A stretch of 64,000 nucleotides of DNA from Eukaryota sp. TZLM1-RC (taxonomy: Eukaryota > Protista > Metamonada: BaSk clade): NCBI GenBank assembly GCA_040285825.1, contig JAUPSS010000005.1, positions 124,001 to 188,000 of the forward strand. Direction: 5' to 3'. The translations under genes and the position numbers were made by a program. Shown piece after piece: positions 57,324 to 64,000 of the stretch (within the stretch, counting starts at the first letter, position 1; each line of letters starts with the position of its first letter). Below the pieces are notes generated by a model. The model did not search any database and was not told where the DNA came from. It saw only the letters and a program-made list of their open reading frames with translations.

Positions 57324-59420
57324 TTAGCTCCTCTTCCTAATTCTACTACTACGTCTAGGCTTCTTAGAAGGCGTAGACTCATTGGAGGTACCTTGTCGTC
57401 GACTAGTGGTACGTTTTCCCATTTTCTTATTATCCTTACTAAATAACTTATAAGCTTCTGAGTGTTTAACTGAATGGAGTGGCTCTTCCGTTGTCTCACC
57501 GCCAAACCACTGAACAGTACAGAAACTACCTGAATCAGAGTGGTATTCTGAGAGGATTTTCTCTATAACGTGTTTTTCGGAATCGCCTGCAGCGACTGCC
57601 TTGAGGAACTCACTGTCCTGTGGATTTTCTGCGTTATAGATTTTGCAATCTTTCTTGGCAGCTTTTAATTCTGTGCCAGTAGTAAGATTCTTCAATATTA
57701 AAGTGGATTTGGAAGGAAGGTCAATAACTAAATATGGTCCATTCCAAGATCCATGCAATTTATTATTTTGCTTGGTTTTACGTAAGACGTAGTCACCAAT
57801 ATTAAATGCTAAAAAACACGAATTAGTATTATCTACTGGAGACGGAGTATTTAATGTTTGGTGACGCTCTGCTTCTTCCCCTTTTTTTTGTAGACGAGTG
57901 TTTTTCATTTTGATGTCATCTAATAAGGGGATATTAGTTTGAAATTTGGATAAATTTCCTAATATATTAGCAGGGTCTGTTCCTGGGCTAATCGAAGAAC
58001 CGAACATGAGTTCGTATGGGGTAAAACCAGTTTTTCTGCTTTCAGTAAAATTTATTAATAGTTGGGATATAGGTACGTATGTAGACCAATTTCCGTAATC
58101 GTTGAAATCTAATAATAGTTTCCTTAAGCATTGAAGAACGTCTCTATGTTTACGTTCTACAAGTCCATTACTTTCTGAATAGTGGGGGATTGAGTTACTC
58201 GTCTCAATCGCTAATCTGTTACACACTATTTTAAAAGTCTCGTTGGCGAACTCAGGTCCATTATCACTATGAATTAACATAGGTATGCCAAAGATAGCGC
58301 AAACATTCCAAATTAAGGCATCTGCGGTTTCTAAGGCATTGAGTTCTTTTAGAGGGACTAAGATTGTATATCCAGTAAAAGAGTCTACAAATACTAATAG
58401 ATATTTATTTCCTTCGTTGTCAGAATTTAGGGGTCCAATTGTATCGACGTTCAGTCTGGCAAAAGGACGATCTGCCCATAAAGATCCTGTGGAAGGTGTT
58501 TTTGATCTTTTAACTGGAGCCGTTTTTTGACAAGTTGGGCATCTTTTGACATGATTAACGAGGTCCTTTCTCATGTTGGGCCAGTAGAAATCGCTTTTGG
58601 ATAGTTTGTGTAAACTATCGTTTTTGCTAGGGTGACCAGATTGAACCAAACCATGTATTAAAAGTAGTGCCTGTTTTCTGAGGCTCTTTGGAATCAAAAT
58701 TTTGTTCTTATTATTTTTCCAAATTTGAGTATTTTCATCTAGAATTGCATTTTCAAATAACGAGTCGTTGTTGTTTTTGGCTATTTGTTGTTCGGATCTT
58801 ATCTTAGAGAACCAAGAAGAAAAAATAGGTAGGTCTTGGTGTCTACTTAGAGATGAGATTGATGGGATGTCTTCAAGATCCGAATCAGAATCATCGTCTA
58901 GTGGAGGTATCTCGTAATTTGAAAGTAAAGTATCTGGTATATTTATGCTACAAATAGAAGGAGTTTCCTCGTTTTGATCGAAATCAATATTCCTCGATAA
59001 CATATCTGCCCAATGGTTGTCTTCACCAGGTTCGTGGACTATGTCAAAGTCGAATTCAGATAGTATCGGCAGCCATCTCTTTACAATTCTATTTTTCTCT
59101 GGGGCTGTAGCCAGGAATGGAATGTTTTTATGATCTGTGAAAATTGTTAAATGTCTAGTTGACAAGTAGCTTTCTAAGCAACTTTCAGTTAAAAATAAAA
59201 GTATTGCATATAATTCTTTTTGTAAAGTGGACCATTTTCTTTGTATTTCTGTAAGTAATCTACTATAGAATGACAAAGGTTTTACTTTCCTTTTATTTAG
59301 CGGGGTTCTTGCAGGGGAGTAGGGTTCAATTTCTTGCCAAATGACACCTCCTACTGCTACATCTGAAGCGTCAGTACTTATCAATACTCGCTTGCCCGAA
59401 GCTGGTAATTCAAGGGGCAT
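57324..59420 (-). CDS. Gypsy pol: RNase H + integrase + chromodomain-like
   Basis: STDAS, ELYAI, TDHK; H..GHP..CPTC; DTIGP, SDNG, E; GPY. Confidence 0.85.
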   Translation of the reverse strand: MPLELPASGKRVLISTDASDVAVGGVIWQEIEPYSPARTPLNKRKVKPLSFYSRLLTEIQRKWSTLQKELYAILLFLTESCLESYLSTRHLTIFTDHKNIPFLATAPEKNRIVKRWLPILSEFDFDIVHEPGEDNHWADMLSRNIDFDQNEETPSICSINIPDTLLSNYEIPPLDDDSDSDLEDIPSISSLSRHQDLPIFSSWFSKIRSEQQIAKNNNDSLFENAILDENTQIWKNNKNKILIPKSLRKQALLLIHGLVQSGHPSKNDSLHKLSKSDFYWPNMRKDLVNHVKRCPTCQKTAPVKRSKTPSTGSLWADRPFARLNVDTIGPLNSDNEGNKYLLVFVDSFTGYTILVPLKELNALETADALIWNVCAIFGIPMLIHSDNGPEFANETFKIVCNRLAIETSNSIPHYSESNGLVERKHRDVLQCLRKLLLDFNDYGNWSTYVPISQLLINFTESRKTGFTPYELMFGSSISPGTDPANILGNLSKFQTNIPLLDDIKMKNTRLQKKGEEAERHQTLNTPSPVDNTNSCFLAFNIGDYVLRKTKQNNKLHGSWNGPYLVIDLPSKSTLILKNLTTGTELKAAKKDCKIYNAENPQDSEFLKAVAAGDSEKHVIEKILSEYHSDSGSFCTVQWFGGETTEEPLHSVKHSEAYKLFSKDNKKMGKRTTSRRQGTSNESTPSKKPRRSSRIRKRS

Positions 59421-59482
59421 GTGGTTTACTATTAAGTCTTTTATTTGTTTTAAGTAATCGTCATGCTTGCTAGTCCATTTAA

Positions 59483-60613
59483 TTATTCTGGTTTTCCTTT
59501 AATTAGCTCGTTAATTGGAGCAATTAATTCAGAAATACCTGGAAGCCAATCTCTAATATAATTGATGGATCCTACCAATGAGCGAACTTCTTTCACTGTT
59601 TTTGGTCTAGGGATTCTCATCAAGGCTTCGATTTTTTTCTTACTTATAAATCTAGTTTTATCCTGGAAGGTACTTCCTAAAATGTCGATAGGGTGTTTTG
59701 ATGTTACGAATTTACATTTACGTAAGCCTATATTTACATGTCTATTTCTGGCGCATTGGAGGACTCTTTGTAATCTCTTAAAAAATTCTTCGAATGTCGT
59801 TCCAACTATTATGATATCGTCAATGTATATGAAAACGCCATCTATTTGGAAATTTTCCATCATTACGTTTTGAAAAACTGCTGGGATGTTCTTTAATCCG
59901 AAGCAAGCTCTTTTAAACATGATTGACCTTCCAGGAATTGAGATTGATGTTTTCTCAATATACTTCTCAGCTACATTCATCTGCCAGAAAGCTTTTGGTA
60001 AATCGAGCGTGGCGATGTAATTTGCTCTACTCAAAAATTCTAAAATATCACTAATCCTAGGTAGATTAGGCTCTAATGAAATCGTATGGGCATTAACTCC
60101 ATCTTTACCACTAAAGTCTCCAGTTAACCTGGGTTTCTTGCCGTCAGGATATATAACTAAGACAATAGGAGAGCTGAATTTAAAATTAGATTCAACTGCA
60201 TAACCCATTTCGATCAGTTCATCAAATATTTTGTTTGCCATTTCCATTTTGCTGGGATTTAACCGTCTAGCAGGCTTGTGTACTATAGCATTCTCATCTC
60301 TAAAGGGGATTGTTAGAGGATTACAATCGATTCCTTTTCTATTAGGAGTTTCACTAAAAAGATCGCTGAATAATTTTAGTAGACTCGTTAATTTTAATTT
60401 ATTATTACTATCATCTAAATTTATCTCACATCCAGATCTTGCTAATTGCTCCTCAAAATCAGAAGGACTTGGTGATTGGTTATCTAAGTTCCCAATCGAA
60501 TGTTGAGCGATCCTAGAGTCGAATTCTGATTCTGCATTTAGCAAAGTGCGGTGTTCTTTGTCTAATCTAATGAAAAGACCATCATCCGTCTGAAGCCCAA
60601 GTGCTCTTAACAT
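59483..60613 (-). CDS. Gypsy pol: reverse transcriptase segment
   Basis: SSPIVLV, LDLPKAFWQ, FGLKN.PA.FQ, YIDDII. Confidence 0.85.
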   Translation of the reverse strand: MLRALGLQTDDGLFIRLDKEHRTLLNAESEFDSRIAQHSIGNLDNQSPSPSDFEEQLARSGCEINLDDSNNKLKLTSLLKLFSDLFSETPNRKGIDCNPLTIPFRDENAIVHKPARRLNPSKMEMANKIFDELIEMGYAVESNFKFSSPIVLVIYPDGKKPRLTGDFSGKDGVNAHTISLEPNLPRISDILEFLSRANYIATLDLPKAFWQMNVAEKYIEKTSISIPGRSIMFKRACFGLKNIPAVFQNVMMENFQIDGVFIYIDDIIIVGTTFEEFFKRLQRVLQCARNRHVNIGLRKCKFVTSKHPIDILGSTFQDKTRFISKKKIEALMRIPRPKTVKEVRSLVGSINYIRDWLPGISELIAPINELIKGKPE

Positions 60614-63600
60614 GTCTGTCCCTATTAATAATTTTTCGAACCCGGGATTATGGGAAGAGTATGTTTATAATGAACTTGTTGCGCAATGCTTCCTACGTTG
60701 AACGACAGAATACCAGTTGCACTCCCTAGCGATTTTGTGGATACGTTATTAGCTGGTAAGAACTTAATGGTATCCTTGCTATTGATTGACATATGTCATT
60801 GTTCAGCTAAATCTGCAGTAATAACTGAACAAAACGCAGCCGAATCTATAGTTGCAATCATTTTAATATCATTTATTGATATCTCCAGTCTTAGAAATGG
60901 AGAACGCTGGGACCTGATGTGGTTTTCACTAACCGTAGAATTAATATCAAAAATACTATTGATATCAGAGCTGGTTTGGTGAATTTGTAGAGGAATTAAA
61001 AGATTTTGTTGAGCTGTTGGAAAGTTGTTGACTGGGTTTCCTAAATCGGTTGTTGATTGATCGTGATTGATTGCGTTGATGTGTACCCGATTAGGTAAGT
61101 TGCCTGTCCTGCTGTTCCGGTTGCTGTTGTTGATCCGTCTGTGAGGAACCGTACTCGAACGGGTCGGTTTTGACTCAGTAGGGGATGCGTTTGATGATAT
61201 ATCCTCTGTAGTGTTGATGTTATAAACAGGTCTGTACTGACCTCTTCCTTTATGACCTCTAAAACGGCCTCCACGGCCTCTAAATTTGAATCTATGTACA
61301 CGTCTACCACGGCCACCTCGGCCCCTTTCTACACTGCCTCTACTAGGAGGCGCCTCCTGTTCTCCTAATCTGAATCTTTCTTCTCTGGGAACTCTGCTTC
61401 CAGCACAACGAGGATCTTTTGCATTCGAATACAGTGTGGCCAACAGGATTGTTACCTTCGACGTTGCTGCAGAATGTATAGAATTTTGACCCTTCTCGTT
61501 CATGCTTTTCAGGGATGTATTTGTGTTGAGGGGTTCCTCTTGACTTTCCACCTGATCGTCTTGCTCGTTTTGATGGAGCCTGGGCTGATGGTGTTACTCC
61601 TCTTGAGTAAGTTCTCATCGCCGTGAGTCCCAAAGGAATATCTTCTTCGTTAGCCCTGTTCCTTAGTACATCCATTGTGGGCTTGTTTCCTGCTGTGTAA
61701 CACCAAGCGAGGAAATGTCGATATTTCTCGTTGTCGATATCAAATCGAGTAGAGTTGTTCTGTTCGGTGAGTCCCACAAGGATTCCTTAGTCCATACTGG
61801 GAGGAGTTCGCTCGATATAGCAAAGTTATCCAAACCCATAAGGAAGTACTCGGCTATTAGAGCGGGAGATATGGTTATCAGCTCACTGCTTCCTCTAATT
61901 AAATCGGGGATGGTTAGGTCGGTCATGTAGGTGGTCATTCTCAAGACGTCTCCAAAATCTTCTACATAACGACCAAACTCGTTGTCAGCCTCATGCTTAT
62001 TGTGGATTTTCCTCCAGTTTATTCTAGGCTTCATTAGAGCTGTACAAGCCTCATGATATGATGTGAATTGTGTTCTTTTTAACAGAAATACCATGACGTC
62101 GGCGTCGGTACAATCAACACCGAGTAAACCTTGACTCTGCCATCTGGATAGAAGGCTAGGGTCAATCATGCTGGATATTCCTGTAGGGTAAGTGCTCATC
62201 ATCATGCTCCTAAATAAATCATAATGGTGGATTGGGAATCCTTACCAAAGGCTGTGTTGTATCCCTGGTGATCTCGTCGCCTATATGTTTGGGGAGATCT
62301 TTAATCCTATCTTGGGTTATTTCTGCTTGGCCTTCTCCAAATAGCTGGGTAGCTATCATTAAGGCTCTGGACCAATCTGATTGACCTGGGGCTTCAAAGC
62401 TTCTATTACCTATCTTTCGCCCGTATTTATCCCAAGTTTGATATTTTAAAAGAAAAGCTATGATAGACATTTTGTTGATAGGGTCATCAGCGGATAATCG
62501 AGGTCTTTTATAGTCGATATCCTTAAACCGTGGATCAATCTGTCTATGAAGGCTACTAGCTATGCTCATGTCAATAGCTCTTCTTGAGGATTGTAGGTCC
62601 TCAATACGCATAGATCTATCGGAAGAAGAGTTTCTTACTGAGGGTTGAGGAAGAGCCGTTTCTCCAACGACTGGCCCGTTCAACTCTATGTCTTCTCCGA
62701 TTTCACATTCCATAGGTTGGGAGGAAGTTGGTTCTTCCTGAGGGGCAACGTCTTGTCTAGTTACAAGTTCCGGGACGTTCACTGTTGGAACGTGTTCTGG
62801 TATGCTGTCAATAGAGCAGACCTGTATTGGTTGGCTTTTTTCAGAAATTATAGGGGCTACAACAGGCAGTTTGGGAAGGTGGAGAGATGTGGATGGATCT
62901 CCCGTTACCCATTGTCTAAACTCTCGTTGTTTCGTGAACGAGTTACCATGTTGTTGGATGTAGTTGTCAGGGCGGCTCCTATACGTGGATACAGCTGATC
63001 GTTCCGTATGAATGTTATTTAAAGCGTCTGCATCAAACCAGGGTGTTACCGGTTCAAGCTTGTCTTGTTCACTACTATCCTCCTGCTCCATAAATTCCCT
63101 AAAATATGTGGGAGCACCCTCTGTCAGCTCCGTGTAATTATGGATTTCCGTATCAAAGTTAGGATCAGACCAGGCAGGCAATTTGGATTGTAGGATGTCT
63201 TCCGAGTCGGTCCTACTTCTCTGCTCGATGGAGAGAAACCTTATTCTCCTGCCGTGTTGATCTAGGAAGGAGGCCTTCCAATCCAATCTGTCTTTGATGG
63301 GAAGGGACATCATTTCGTTGATTCTCTTGTCCATTCCAGAGATTCTGGGACGTCGCTCTGCGTTACGTCCGAATGTCTCTCTACTCAGTTTGTCAAGCGC
63401 CTTTATGAGTTCATTCCTTTCATTGGGGGGAATTTCCAATACCTTTTGGGTATCCCTTAATCATTCCGAGGGTCTGGAAACCAACGTTTCTGCCTCTTTT
63501 TTGAATGTTACTCCATAAAGGGGGGAGCTGCTCGAACAGACAGAAATCTGTTGGTTCGAGGTAAGCCTCCGCATCCTCTCTTAATAACTTGTAGAACCCC

Positions 63601-63724
63601 TCGGAAGAGTCGTCTTCTCCCTCCATTTCATCCAGTTGAGATTGAATTTCTTCATATTCTTCTAATGGGGAAGACGTGCCTAAGGTGGGATTTCCATCCG
63701 TTCCCTTTGAGACAAGTTCTAAAA

Positions 63725-64000
63725 TTGGGAGGGGAGAGGGAGCCGGGTCCGTTCTCGTTGCCTCCGAGGACAATTCTGCATACTTGAGGGGAGAGGGAAC
63801 CGGGTCCGTTCTCGTTGCCTCTTCCATTGCTTTGAGGGGAGAGGGAGCTGGGTCCGTTCTCGTAACCTCATCTGTTTCTTTTTTCCTGAGGGGAGAGGGA
63901 GCCGGGTCCGTTCTCGTTACCTCTTCTGTTGCTGAAGATGGAGGGACCTCGTCCACTCTTTCATCTTCTTCTATTTTAAGGGAGGGGGAGGTGGGATCCG
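63725..64000 (-). repeat. Coding tandem repeats in the gag N-terminal region (E.TRTDP.PSPL x4-5)
   Basis: GGAGAGGGAGCCGGGTCCGTTCTCGT units spaced roughly 50-60 bp apart. Confidence 0.85.

Larger units (their letters stand above)
57133..64000 (-). mobile_element. Ty3/Gypsy LTR retrotransposon with chromodomain-like integrase tail (5' end outside window), frameshifted
   Basis: Order gag-PR(IDSAA)-RT(LDL..AFWQ, YIDD)-RNaseH(TDAS, E, TDH)-IN(HHCC, D,D,E, GPY, chromo-like IEKIL..VQW). Confidence 0.92.

Overview
AT-rich, gene-dense, intron-poor eukaryotic DNA using the standard code. SPAG6/PF16 and a Kintoun-like gene point to a flagellated protist (inference). About 16 host genes are present: a bacterial-type GshB, a Cdc15/SepH-like kinase, a GPI EtN-P transferase-like protein, two inverted GOS1 copies, Cdc6/Orc1, a metallophosphoesterase, Sec8, SPAG6, a GYF protein, Bud13, a PH protein, an MDR oxidoreductase, DNAAF2-like, Cdt1 and a P-type ATPase. 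They are interleaved with many CRE-clade non-LTR retrotransposon copies (one near complete, with a 13-bp TSD), a chromodomain Ty3/Gypsy element with an apparent 62-bp LTR, and a MITE. The main find is a eukaryotic RNA-guided nuclease (Fanzor1/OMEGA) landscape. It comprises one near-intact Fanzor (18335-20247, one frame break in an A7 run, RuvC D-E-D intact), two divergent Fanzor remnants (14870-15733; 48774-49060), and a highly structured ~240-nt non-coding element behind one remnant that recurs as an ORF-less copy 22 kb away, next to a captured antisense host-gene fragment. Also notable: two 28-nt spliceosomal introns missed by the ORF track, and a 74-bp upstream cassette shared up to the ATG by the bacterial-type gshB and an unrelated host gene. 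All family calls come from motif recognition by eye; no database searches were run.
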